Positions 12,824 to 26,110 are shown, counted from the first letter of the stretch. The stretch: DNA of 64,000 nt from Gnetum montanum (GCA_015680685.1 MNCI01001040.1:392090-456089), one strand, 5' to 3'. The notes: generated from the letters alone by a model not told the origin. A program made the numbers and translations.

Positions 12824-14914
12824 TGTAGCATCTGAAAATGTCAGTGGCTAGAACACTGAAAGGTCATTAAGCACATAACCTAACCCCAAGTCCATAGGAG
12901 GGTCGTGCTAGAGAATATGGAAATGGAATGCCCTCAGTAGTCTGGTTGATGAATCAAGGACTTACGTGGTGTCAAATAACCATTCATTGATAATAGTTTT
13001 AGCACATTACATGTAGAAGTTGAAACAAGTAAGAACGTAGCATGCACAATAGTAGAAGTGTATCAATGTACATAATAGTGGTAATAAACATAAATAAATG
13101 CATGATAGTGCAACATGTATGCTATAGAAAAGTAAAATGAGAATTCAAGTAAGGAAATGCACTACCTCGAGATTGGGGGACTTGACTTTTGATTGAATGA
13201 TGGATGTGTACAATTGGAGAGCAACATTGGACAAACATAGTTGGGTAGTAGAGAAATATGGTCATAGCTTCTAGGATGCTGCAGATGTGGTGTTGATAAG
13301 CACAAATGAGCTAATTCTTGCTGGATGAAGAGTTGTTATGCTAGAGTTGAAGAGAGATTTTGGAGGCTCTAATGCTGGGATTTGCTACTCATCAGCCTTC
13401 TGCTCGCCAATCTGCTGCCAAAGCCAACTACAAAAGCTAACACTTAGAATGTTGTTTACTGGGGTATGTATAGAGCCTAGGGTTGAGAAAGAGATGTGGT
13501 TTGGATGCCACATGTCCTGGGTCCCATGTAGCATGAATGTAAACATGTCACGCTGGTGTGCTACGCTCAAAGTGTGGTGCTACGCTAATATGCTACTCCA
13601 AATGGAACAAGAGCGAGAGTAGGAATAGTTGTCCACCTATGACCACATTGCCCAGACTGCATGTGTCAAAATTTGAGACTACCACATTTTTACACAAGTG
13701 TCTAGAACAAATGCAAATTGGAGCCTATGCTCTAGGACTATGTCTTCCCTTCTCTTTCGAGTAGGATCAAGCATAGGAACAAGTTTTGAGGATCAACAAG
13801 GGGTGCAAAAAAAAAAATCAAACTACTAATATTGGTTGTCGAGGAGAAGCTAGAGTAGAAATGACCATCGACGACATGTTCTAGAAATTTTGGAGAGGTC
13901 CTAAGGATTTTTTTCAAGTGTTACGATGTCTATGCTATTCATCGTAGCAAAGTAGCGTGAACACTGGCTTGCTACATTGTGCTACGCTACATAGCGTAGC
14001 ATAGTGTAGCATCCCCCTTTGCAAATGAATGTTGTCAAAAATTGAAAATATCATTTTGAAACCCAACAGGACAAGCAACTTGAACAATTGGCAACCATTC
14101 TTTCCACATCAAAGAGCCTACGACCTCTCAATTTCATTCTTGAGACACTTTTGTCATTGATATGCCTGCTATGCTGTGTAGCGTAGCACAGTGTAGCACT
14201 TGATTTTGAACAAATTTTACATTAATCTACACTTCTCTACCATGGGACCTTGGTCATGTTCCGAGGGCAAAGTGGGACAAGCAACTTGGAGGTCAAAGAA
14301 TGGTGAAGTGTATTTTCCATGTCAAAACAACTTGAGGGAGGATTTTATTAATGTTGGCACCCTACTACACTATGCAATGTAGCATAGTGTAGCATCCAAA
14401 ATAGGATGAATTTTATGCCACTTACTAGATTTTTCCATGTCACGATAACCATACTCCAAGGATGTAGTAGGACAAGCATCCTTGGAAGTCAAAATTTCCC
14501 AAATTCTTAGAAAACATTTCAACACTGCATGCCCTACTACGCTGTCTACATTGGACAGCGTAGCATAGCGTAATAGGTCAAAAATAGAAAATTTTCCATA
14601 CTATTTTGCACATCCTAAACAATTTTGATTGCTCTTAGCTTGGTACTTGGGTGGACTGACAACTGGGACGGCCCAAAAGATACAAAAAATTGTCGAACTA
14701 CATGGTCCACCTCCAATACTCTGTTTGTGTAAACTGGCCTTGCAACTGGATGCTACGTTAACTATGATAAGGAACATAACAGAAAAGCCTAGAGAAAAAT
14801 TTGTGAATGTTTGGACTTCTAGGGTGCCCCACAATCTATGTGGCCCATCATGACACCACATTTGGAGAAATTTTACCTAAGTCTCAATGCTTGGACAAAT
14901 CTGATGTTGTTTCA
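12824..14914 (-). repeat. 3' LTR of Tat-B
   Basis: Direct repeat of 30524-32606 (about 9 in 10 bases identical in a hand-checked 150-bp stretch, mostly transitions). Minus strand starts TGAAACAAC after PPT aaagagggg. Confidence 0.95.
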
Positions 14915-16424
14915 TTAGCCCCTCTTTATCGATGTTTGGAGGATTTGCCCAAGAGATGTCAACAAAGAATACAAAACACCATGATAAATGTGACACTAAA
15001 ACCATTCATCAGTGCCCACTTAGATGATGCTTTGCTATGCTTGAGAGTGCTAGGAAAGTGTAGTATGGTAGAGAATAGTAGATGGGTTTAAGGAGATGGG
15101 GTCAAAAAAAAATGGATGGAAAAGGAAAAAATGTAGGATGCAATGCCATGAGGGCCATTTCCATGGTTTGATCCCTCATCAGAGTGCTTGTGAGGAAGTC
15201 AGCATGCATGGGTGTCTTTCCCCTTTGGATTTCAACCTCTCATCAGAATGCCTGGAGATGGTTGATCTAGAGTTGAGACAGTTTCAAAGTGGCGACTGTG
15301 CCATTTGACTTGGGCATTTGTCCTATCCGATTCTCTCTTTTTCTTTTTTTATTTTCTTTTCTTATTTCTTATTTTCTTTTTTTTAACAAATCTGCACACC
15401 CATGTCTATTTGAAGGCAACTGCAGCATCGTTGTAGGATAAGTGTTTCCTCCCCAGGATGAGTTGTGTTACATCTGTGTGGGGCTTTGACTAGCCTACAG
15501 AGGCTTCCCATGGGATGAGTTTCATTACTTCCATTATGGGATTATCAGTTAAGCATGGGAAAGGGTTACATGTGCATTGGAGAAGCTTGTGAGGGGATGC
15601 TAGAAATTACAAAGGGAGAAAATAAAGGTTGAATTGGTTGAAAAGATGTGAGGGATGTGAATGTATGCACTCTCAAGTAGCTAGGCTAATTAAAGTGGGT
15701 ACTTTGGAACAATATAGTATCCTGATCTCATGGTAGAATGCATTCTTGATCAGCACCATCCCAGCCTTATCCTGCAAACACAACAAAGAGAAAACCAGAA
15801 AAAATTATCATCATGTAAAACGAAGGTGAAGTCCGATCCACTCAAGATACAACAAAAGCTGTGAATGCACAATGTCCATAGTAGGAAGGCTAGTGTAGGC
15901 GTTGGTGATGGCAAGCTGAAAAAACTCCAGCAGCCACACTGGAAGTGAGCACTCAAGAGGCTAGAAGCAATAATGATGTAGGTGCTTAGGAATCCCCACC
16001 ACGAGCAAGAGCTAGGATATTTAGTCGTAGGGTGAGAAGCCCAGTTGCTAAATGTTCTTTCAAACTTGGATGATGGTAAGGGCTAGAGGGTAGCAACATT
16101 GTGGCTAGGCCACAATAGTGCTAGGACTCTAGTAGGAGGTGCTGACAAAGAGAGCTACAACCAAGATGATTGACAATTGTTGCGGTAGCTCTAGAAGGTC
16201 AACAAGATGTCAAAAGACATCTTTGAAAGATCAAAAACATGCCAGGGACGATGATGTTATAAATGTCCCAAACGATGTTTCCTTGACATCGTGAATTTCA
16301 TTTTGGAACTGCAATGCCCCACCCTACCTTGCTCAAGAGGCATGGCCAAGTAACAGGAGATGGAAAACATTCTTGCTTACTTTTTCACAAGGTCCCATGT
16401 GTTGAACCAGAATGGTTGCCTCAT

Positions 16425-16865
16425 GAACCTAGTTTTAGGTCTTGGTAGACCATTGAATGTGCTAGCTTAAGGTCGAAGTAGACCGTGGTTCCCATTTAAG
16501 GTCCCAGTATACCACGCTATGCTAGTTTAAGGTCCCAGCAAACTGTGATGTGCTACTTTAAGGTTCTAGCAGACCTCTGTGCTAGTTTAACATCGTAGCA
16601 GACAAGGGATGGCCAATTTAAAGTCATAGTAGACCATTCTGTGGGTGCCTGTTTCATGTCATGGCCTAAATACATGTTTTGGGTTCTAGTTTCGTGTCAT
16701 GGCCCAAAGACTTGTGCTAGTTTAATGTCATGTCAAATGCTCTGTGCCAGTTTTACGTCATAATGAATGCTTTGTGCTAGTTTTATGTCATAGTGGATGA
16801 TCTATGCTAGTTTTACGTCATAGCGGATGATTCCGTGCTAGTTTTATATCATAGTGGATGATTCT
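16425..16865 (-). repeat. Tandem array C of Tat-B downstream of integrase
   Basis: Repeated tgctagttt(a/t)a units (reverse complement of TAAACTAGCA) at about 30-bp spacing. Confidence 0.9.
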
Positions 16866-16901
16866 ACTTACCTTGCTTTATATTCAATGTGATGTTATAT
16901 G

Positions 16902-19900
16902 TTAGACATAGTAGGGCTTCAGGTACAAATGATTGACAAGATTTGGGAACTCGTTGCCATCTAATTCAGCCAGCTTGAATGCTCCATTCTCTTATGCCTT
17001 TGTGACCAAAAAAGAGCCTTCCCAGTTGGCTGAGAATGTGTTCACGGGCTCGAAAATGGCCTTGAGGACTATATCCCCATTTTTGATCAAGCATTGGTGT
17101 AGATTACAATGATGTTTCTATCGTTGCTTGTCCTAATACCACTTGATGTCATTAAGCATTTGGATGCACTCTTCCTTTGTAGAGTCAAGATCAATGATTC
17201 TTGACTTGTTATTTTGAGCCTCATCCATAAAGTTTAAGAGGATCATTCAAAGTGATAGGACCTACAATTCAAGAGGTAATACCACTTTAGATCCATACAT
17301 AAGATTATCTGGGGTCTTACCTATAGCCATTTTTCATGTTGTGCGATAAGTCCATAGCACGTAGAGGAGTTTCTCGTGCCATAGTCACTTGCTATTGATG
17401 ATCATCTTTTTTAGAGGTTGATAATTGCTTTATTAGTTGCTTCTACTTGGCCATTTTCTTAGGGATAATATGGTGATGAGAAAGAATTTTTAATACCAAG
17501 GCTTTTGCAAAAGGCTCTAGTTTCCACACTACTGAATTGGGGCTCGTTGTCTGTAACGATAGTCATAGGAAGACCAAATCGAGGTACTATGTTGTCTAGG
17601 ATGAATTTGCAAATTTTTTGTGATGTGGTCTTCCTAATGGGAATAGCCTCTACCCACTTTGTGAAGTACTCAGTTGGAGTAATGATGAAGCTATGCTCTA
17701 CAGAAGACTTAGGTGTGATAGGCCCTATAATGTCTAGTCCCCAACATTGGAAAGGCCATGTGATTTATGTGGTATGTAATTCAATAGGAAATATGTGTAT
17801 GAGGTTCCAATGACATTGACATGCATCACATGTCCTTACCTTAGCAACGCAATCACATTCCATGTAAGGCCAGTAGTAGCCTAGATGCTTAATTTTTGCT
17901 GCCATAGCCCTAGGAGCTATGTGCCCTCCACACAGTCCCTCATGGACTTGATCAACAATTTTTCATGCTCCATCCCCACTAATGCAAGCTAGAAATATCC
18001 TATCATAAGATCATCGGCATAAAGCGTCATCTCCTACAAGGACATACTGCCATGCTCATTTTCATACTACGTCCTTTTTGGCAGACGTTAGGCCATGTGG
18101 AGGCTCACCATGTTGAAGGTATGCCTTAACATCATCATACCAATCTTGGGCATGTGCTACACTGATAGATGTTGTGTTTGGTGTGTGGATGATAGGGTTA
18201 GTGCATTCCACTATTGAAGTGGGAAAGGTAGGGAACATGTGTGGTGGCACACTTAAAGCTAACGTGGCTAATGCATCGACTATAGTATTTTCTTTGCAGG
18301 GTACATATTGGACATCTAGGGTTGCAAATTGATTTAGTAAATATTTAGCCAAATCATAGTAAGGCTGTAAATGTTGTGCCTTGCATGCATAGACTTCTGT
18401 AACTTGGTTGATGACCAATTACAAATTGCCTCTAATTGCTAAGTTTTGGATCCCTGACTCTCGGGCTGCTAGAATACCCCTAAGGAGACCCTCGTATTTT
18501 GCTACATTGTTTGTGCAAAGCAACATGAAGTGATACATGAAAGGTTGAATCTCTCCAGAGGGAAATGTGATAATAGTAGTGGCATTGCCACCTGGTGTAG
18601 TTGAGGCACCATCAAAATGTAGAATAGCTTCAAAATCTGCGGGTACTAGGCTTATGCTACTAATGTGCTCATCCGGAAATTCAGGTTCTATTATTGTCTG
18701 GTCATTAGTGGGTGAAGCCATAGGTTGTGTGGCTATCACTTGAACTTTTGTAGATGACTGTGCTATGTAATGTAGGTCAAATTCTGTAGTTATAGCTTTC
18801 CACCAGGCTATCCTCCTACTTTCGTATATATTGGTTGTAATAGCCCTGAGTATGTTATTTTTGCAGATGATGTTTACTTGGCTATAGAACAAATAATGCC
18901 TCCATTTTGTAAGCACAAAAGACAATTTTTTTCTACATCATTGTATTTTGATTCATAAGTTATCAATGCATGACTCAAGTAATAGATAGGAATTTCAAAA
19001 CCATCATCCCTCTTTTGACAAAGAAAATTTGCAATAGATGTGTCTAAAGTGGTGAAATAAATGTAAAAAGGCTTATGTCTCTATGAAGGGTAAATAGTGG
19101 GAAGATGAACAAGCTCCTTCTTTAAGTTATCAAAGGGTTCCTCGCATTGGTTTGTCCATTCAAAGTTAACTCCTTTTTTAAGCAAGTGTTGCATTGGATG
19201 TAATTTATCTATTAGCCTTGCGATAAACCTTTGTATGAATTGTATCCTACCTTGCAACCCATGCAACTCCTTAAGGTTTGTAGGTGGTGCTAAGTTAACA
19301 ATAGCTTTGACTTTATTGAGGTCTACACGTATCCCCATTTTTGATACTACAAAACCTAACATGTGTCCAATTTTGACTCCGAAGATACATTTTTTGGGAT
19401 TGAGGCGGAGGTCATGCCTACAGCAATGTTGAAGGACCAGGTTTAGGTCATTTTCATGATCAAGAGATTTTTTAGATTTAACGACTATATCATCCACATA
19501 ATCATTTAGCCTTTCCAAAAGGTAGTCACTAAAAATATAAGTCATTGCCTATTAATATGTTGCTCCTACATTTTTTAGCCCGAAGGGCATCATTATGTAA
19601 CAAAAGGTTCCACAAGGGGTCATGAAGGTAGTGGCCAATTGATGTTTTGGGTTTATGTGGATTTGATTGTAGTGTGAGAATCCATCCATGAAGGATAATA
19701 AGGCATGGCCAGCTGTAGTATCAACAAGTTGGTCGATACTAGGCAATGCTAAATCATCTTTAATAGTTACTTTATTGAAATCCCAGAAGTCTATACAAAT
19801 TCATATACCCTAGTTTTCTTGGGGATGACTATGATGTTTAATACCCAATTTGCATAATTGACCACCTAGATGAACCCTGCCTGATAAAGTTTGGTGATTT

Positions 19901-20374
19901 CGTCATGCATGGCTAAGGCAATCTTTGGTTTAATCTTGCAAACTTTTTGTTTGACCACTTTGACATGTGAATCGATGATGATATTATGTTGTATTATACA
20001 TGGATCTAAGCCCAACATATCTTCATACAATGATGCAAACACTTTGATATTATCATTAACTTTAGAAATATTTTGCTGATCATATGGCTCCAATAGAAAG
20101 CTAACCTTTAATGTTCTTACCTTGCCCATAGATGTAGTTATGGGTATTTTGATAAGGGGGTCCTCAATTACATCATCGGCTTCTAAATCTAAGGCTTGGA
20201 CTAGATGTTTGGGCCAATCCAGGGATGTTTCTAAGGATGCTATGTTGGTGTCACAAGGGGGTGGTTCGAAGTCTACCAATTCTACGTTCAAGTGTCTCAT
20301 AAACCTACCATGAGGTCTTTTTAGAATTAAGGAAAAATGAAGATCATCATGCATATCCATTTTTCCAAGCACTC
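16902..20374 (-). pseudogene. pol: pol of Tat-B (RT-RH-aRH-INT), decayed
   Basis: LLSFMDGFSHYNQI, MPFGLKNVGATY, NDYVDDIVVKS, KWRHYL (RH), LHFDGAS..CTNNVAKYEGL (aRH), integrase core. Stop at 16902-16904. Confidence 0.95.
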
Positions 20375-20474
20375 TTGCAAAAATAAGCAAAACAAACAAA
20401 GTCAAGTGATACCTACTTAACACAGCAACATGAAGTAAAATGTATGCAAGGTAATTAAGCAATGTTATAAAATT

Positions 20475-20670
20475 GCCAATTTAAGATCTTAGCAAACTGT
20501 GATCATGCAAAACTATATTTTGAAATTGCTAGTTTAAGGTCTTAGCAAACCACCACTATGCAAAACTATATTTTGAAATTGCTAATTTAAGGTCTTAGCG
20601 GATCATCACTGTGATTATAGTAAAGGGAATGCCAAAATTTCCAGTTTAAGGTCATAGTGAACCATCACTA
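20475..20670 (-). repeat. Tandem array B of Tat-B upstream of pol (~52-bp units containing TTAAACTAGCA)
   Basis: tttaag(g/a)tcttagc...tgcaaaactatattttgaaattgcta repeated 2-3 times, plus a fourth core near 20645. Confidence 0.85.
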
Positions 20671-20831
20671 GGCTTACAAGTTTTTTTTTCTTGTTTTTTT
20701 TGGGACATTTATGTGCTACACTACAGGGGACATGGGGTGTCCCATGTTACATGTAGGACTTGGGGCATTCTGCGTCACGCGCGGGACATGGGACATCCCG
20801 AAAAAGTAACATGTCCTATAACCCTAATGGC

Positions 20832-20870
20832 TATAAATAGGAGTTTACCCATGGTAAACCTATCATTTTC
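20832..20870 (+). promoter_or_regulatory. Putative internal antisense promoter (TATA + Inr) of Tat-B
   Basis: TATAAATA at 20832 and TCATTTT with A at 20865 (33 nt later). Same 33-nt spacing in Tat-C (63896 to 63863, minus). Confidence 0.62.
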
Positions 20871-22080
20871 ACTATCAAAGCTAACAATCCAGAGTGTAGT
20901 GTAGCTCAAAGAGAGCATAGTAGTTGTAGCATAACCACCAATAGGCCCAAGTTTGACACCAAGGAAATGGCACACAGGAGTGAGCGTAGGCATCAGGGTC
21001 TCGCCAACGTAGATGAAGGGGAGCGCACCTTGTGGCATCTCCCTAGAGCATGCATTAAGGAATAGAAAGAGGCACCATATGCCTAGTAAGCCACTACGCT
21101 ACCTTTGTTCATGTTGTGCATTACTCTCTTTGTTTATTAATTTTTTTAGCAGTGATCTATTGAGTGGGGTTATCATCGTCATTGTCCTCGCCATGGTCAT
21201 CGTACCCTACTGGCTATGGTTGCTATAGCTACTATGCTATGGCTATTACCCCTCTTGGCTACGGTAGCTACCACAACTTCTACACTATGGCTAATTCCAC
21301 TACATTTGTGGCGGTCTCCACAACCATTACCAATGCCATCACGGCTACAACCATGGACATTGCGCCACTGCCACGGTCTCCATTGTTGTGACAAGGGCAA
21401 TGTATCATCATTTCTTTTGGAGTATTTGTAATGTTCTATGTGGTGTAGCATGTATCCTAGGTAGCATAGCATGCGTGGGGAGGGTATCCTTTTCTTTTGT
21501 TACGTTCCACACAGTGGAAGAGGGTTGGGGCCTTGCAAACATTGTGTTTTTTTTTCCTTTAGGTCGTGTCACCTTTGACAATGTGACTGACAGGCCATGT
21601 TGCATTTTCAGTGCTTGTTATGCTATGTTGCATGATGCTACTATGCTACGCTGCTATGCTATGCATGACATAGGCATTATGCTACATGGGGCGCAACCAT
21701 TGTGTTGCTACGCTACACAGGGTGTAGCCATTACACTGCACGTTACATAACCATTATGATGCACATGACATAGCCTCTATGCTACATGGGGTGTACCTAC
21801 TATGCTACTATATTGCACGTGACATAGCCACTATGCTACATGGGATGTTATAATTGTTATGCTACCAAACCACTCATGAAAGGGGGCCAAATACTTGGAA
21901 AACATTTTGGTTTTCTCGATAGTACTATGGGTGCCATCTCTCATACCTAGAAAAATTTGTATACAAGGGGGTGCTACACTATATAGTAGCATAACCAAGA
22001 TTTGGAAAAAAAAAATTTAAAAGGCTTTCCCTCACAAAGTGCCTTAATTGTAAACTAACGTTTTTTGTTGTGTTATGCAG

Positions 22081-25000
22081 GGTTATTTTGAAACCAATCT
22101 TGATCGTGATCAAGCTGGTAGGTGTTTTGTGTTGCATAAGTGCCCTATAGCTAATGTTCCCCCTCCCCATGCATGAGTAAGGGACCAAGTAGTCTAGTTT
22201 TGAGAAGGTACATAGGAATTCTTAGAATTCCTCCTTTGCCACTTTAGTGTGATGGTATGGTCACACTTGTCAACCAAGACCGTAGGTGTTCTAGTTGAAA
22301 CGTTATTGCCTAGGGCAAACTGAGGCATCATAAAGTTATGACAGATGGGTCTACTAAAGGTGAAGGGATAGGGGACTCAAGTAGACATCCAAAAGGCTTG
22401 AGACTCTTATCTTGGGTTTGGGCCATGCTTGAATTTAAGTGCTACCACAAGTACAACACCTTGTTCGCACTCGCCATATGGACACTTTTTTTCCAGAACC
22501 CACCTGGGATCATCTACTGCGTTGGTGGGTGAGTCCTATGAAGATACTTAGATATGTTATATCATTCATATTGTATATTTGGAGTGCTTATTATGTTCTA
22601 TGCGTTGTCAGATTTGTAATTGACAAGGATGATCTTCATGATAAAGAGGGGGCATTGGCCTTGGCTCAAACAGCCTTACAAGAGTTCTCTTCTACTGAGA
22701 ACATGCACGTTAGTGTCATAGAATAACTTGGGACTAACTTTAGGACCTATCCAACCAAGTATGCTAAGTTCTATATAAAATGTAAGGAACTTGGATGGTT
22801 GGATGGCAAATGGAAATTTAGTCGAGTGCCCACCATGGAGAAAGTTCTAGTGAAAGTACCACTATTCCCTATGCCATTCACACCATGTGAGTTAGGTTCT
22901 GCATGTGTTTTCATACATTCTTGATTGATCAATTTATTGGTTTTGTTGTTTTATTTTTTCTATTGATTTTATTCTTGATTATTACAGTGGCAACTGAGTC
23001 CAAAGAAGTTACCATAATCACCTCAGGTTGTATCGAAGCTAACCTCTTCTTTAAGTACAGTGAAGTTGATGAGTCACAATGCTAGTTGTGCAATGGGGCT
23101 CTAGTCACCATTGTTCAAAAGGTCCAAGAGGCTAGGCTCATGGACCTCTTTTTGGCAGTAAATCCAAGCATTCCGGTTGTGGAAATGCTTGCCCTTATCG
23201 ATTCTTTTACAGAGAGCACTAACTACTTTCGCAAACACGTCCATAATGTGTGAGTGGTATTTGAGATCACGGACAACCTTTTTTCAAATCTCTTCAATGT
23301 TCCTTCTGATGTTTTACCTGTGGAGGAGAAAGGTGGAAAATATGTAAACCATCGAGGGGACATACAAGAATGGCTGGGTACCAACAAAGATGGCAAGGGG
23401 ATTTACATGCCAAAAGTTAAATTAGAGGTAGCTCAAAAGATTTACCATGTTTTCCAGGCTCGTGCTTTTCCCAAGTCACTTTCTCAAGGAAAACTTCTTA
23501 GAGTAGAGCTAGTCGGGATTATGAGGGACATCATGGAGGAGGGGGCTCATTATAATTGGGCCAAGTATCTTTTCGAAGGCTTGCAAGTCGAAATGGTTAA
23601 GCTCCGTGACAAGCTTGATACTCATTTCAATGTGCATTTTTCCTTTTTCATAGCTTGTTTAAGATGGTTTGCCAAATTCTTGGTGGTTCAGGAGAATGGG
23701 ATCTAGGTATTACAAGATCATACCTAGATCTCTAAACCATGGATCCACTAGGTATTTCACACTACCCGATCTTAGGACCCTCTAGAAGCCATCAGGGAGT
23801 CCTTTTTAATAATGACAAAAGATCTGGTAGGACCATCTTTTCGTGCATAAGATAGCTTTAGGGAGCCCCCCCCCCCCCCCCCCCCCCCCCCCNNNNNNNN
23901 NNNNNNNNNNNNNNNNNNNCAACCTAGTAACGGTGGCACATCTTATTGTGGAAATAGTAAAGTCTAAGCTGTAACTTAAGAAGCCTCATCCTATCAAAGA
24001 GCCTCCACGTATAGGTGAAGAAAGAGGCAAAAGATTATGAATCAAAGTTTGTAATGTATAATCTACACTTGTTGGTGAGTATTCTTTGGCTATCTTGCTT
24101 ACTACTTTTTTTTTTGCATATCTTGGACTAGAATCCTAAATTTGGCTTATGTTCATTAGATGAAGAAGAGGTTTTGGCTCCTGAGGTAGAGGCCCTTGTG
24201 ATAGAAGAAGATGAGGAGGCCCCAGCTACAAAGGAGGAGGCCCCTACCACTAATGAACCTTTTGCAAACTGTGCCCTAGCACCTAAGGCACACATGACTA
24301 TTGAAGACACTGCCACACTTTTAAGTCAGTTTGAGGAAGAGGGGCTATAGTTTGAGGCTGGTGAGTTTGATGCTTTGTTTTAACAGTGTGCTGATGGGTG
24401 ATCCCCCTACTCTCACCCATGAGGGTTTGTTGGGTAGGAGCTTTGTACTTTCATTTATGTTACTTCTCACTTTCCTTTTCCTCTTCTTCATAATGCTAAC
24501 ATGCTTTGTTGCATAGCAAACACTTCTACTAAGGCTCCTGAATATTCCTCTTCCTTTTGCTTATAGCCATGGACAGAGACCCCAGGTAAATTGTTTTTTA
24601 TGGAAGGGGTAGTGGATGATATGATTGATCATTTAAAGCAAATTGACCCCAAGATAAGTGTGTTTGAAATATAGTGTTTGCTCTCTATGTTATTCTATTT
24701 TTCCATCATCTTGTAATTAATGCTTCCTTATGTTGATATAATAGCTTCTCAACTTAAGTGGGATCCAAAACAGGTGGTTGAAGTTGATGTTATGCCTGAA
24801 CTCCCTCTAGAGGTTGCTGAGGTACCTCATCATATATACGACAAGGCAAGAAAATGTGCATTATACTTAGCACGATCCTTATGGGTGTGTAGGCATGTTA
24901 ACGAAGACCTCTGGAAAAGGGTCCAAAAACTTGAGAAAGAGAAAGCAAGTCAAGCTGTCAAGTTGGAAGATTTGCAATTAAGGAATGAGTTCTTGATGGC

Positions 25001-25751
25001 TTGTGGCGCTTTAGATGGTAGTTGGCAATACGGTCGTAATCAATTATGCTAGATACTAGTCAGTCGTACAAGGTAAGAATGAGACTACCCGGGAAGTGAT
25101 TGAACAACTCTTGCAAATGGATTTAGTGGCCTAGAAAAATCAAGACTGGAAGGATTACAGTGCCAAAGTATACGAGTGGGGGAAAGCACAAAAAAATCCT
25201 AAACACATGTATAAGATGGAACGTGCTGCCTATTGTCAGAAGTATAGAGATGTATTTGTAGAATGTCGTACTCGTGAGCTATTTCTTGATGTAATTGATG
25301 CTACTCAAGCCTACAAAAAATTTGCAAAGTAGGTAATGGTGAGTGAATCCCCTAAGAGAGAGGTAACCTTGCCTTCTAGGGAGACCATTGCTGCCACTTT
25401 TTCCTAGGGCCACCTACCTGGACGACTATAGAGAAAGGAAAGATTGTGACTAGCATTGATCTAGGAGATGAAGATTGGGCAAACTTAACAAAGGAAGAAA
25501 CTCTACAATGCCTAGCGTCAGGCCTTGACAAAATACCTTTGGAGATGGATGTAGGCCCATCTCAGGTAGCTAAGCTTTAGGCCCATCTCAGGTAGCTAAG
25601 CTTTACTTTATTATAGTTTGTTGGTAAGAGCCTTATGCATTACCCCTTCTCACTTGTTGATGTATTACTTTATTTTTGATTTATGTAGGATCCACATGAG
25701 GATGTAGGACCTAGTGGCATTGCAGACAAAGGCACTAGCGAAGACCCATAG
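22081..25751 (+). pseudogene. Antisense multi-exon accessory gene of Tat-B (approximate exons 22081-22528, 22612-22886, 22988-24074, 24160-24433, 24517-24653, 24745-25565, 25689-25751)
   Basis: GT(G/A)AG-type donors and Y-rich AG acceptors bound coding-like exons (one donor decayed to ATAAGT). Exon peptides and intron positions match the Tat-C copy (e.g. NPPGIIYCVGG| vs NPPRIVYYVGG|; VDVMPELP..KCALYLARSLWVCRHVNEDLWK vs VDALPELP..KCTLSCVKALWVYRHLNEHMWK). Confidence 0.82.
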
Positions 25752-25934
25752 CTTGTTGAACATTTCTTTTTTTCTTTAAATTATAACCCCTTGTTGTGAG
25801 GCAATGTTGCCATTCTAAGTATGGATTTAAGTTTGGACTGTACATTTGCAATTTAATGACACATGAGAGGCTTATCTTATTTTCTTCAGTTAATATTACA
25901 TATATGTATATTTTTTTGATGTACTTGGGCCTCT

Positions 25935-26110
25935 TGTAGGCCCCATCACTAGTTTTAGGCCATTTTGGGCCATTGCTAGTTTTAGGCCATTTCGGGCCAT
26001 TGCTAGTTTTAGGCCATTTTGGACCATCTCTAGTTTTAGGCCATTTCAGGCCATGCCTATGGAGAGTGGATGGCTAGTTTTAGGCCTTGGTAGGTAGTGT
26101 AGTAGTTTAA
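25935..26110 (-). repeat. Tandem array A of Tat-B (24-bp unit ggccattgctagttttaggccattt) between the protease and the 3' end of the antisense gene
   Basis: 4-5 near-identical units visible at 25948-26050. Confidence 0.9.

Noticed and set aside
13338-14861. Short ORFs repeated in both Tat-B LTRs (e.g. 13338-13622 and 30947-31445)
   Set aside because: The similarity simply reflects LTR duplication; frames are broken differently and show no protein motifs.
23866-23919. Poly-C plus N gap inside exon 3 of the antisense gene
   Set aside because: Assembly gap. Flanks on both sides remain collinear with Tat-C, so it does not undermine the gene model.
22081-25751. Antisense gene as a host gene or an independently inserted TE
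   Set aside because: Present at the same position and orientation in diverged copies B and C, with no TIR, TSD or LTR boundaries, and decayed like the rest of the element.
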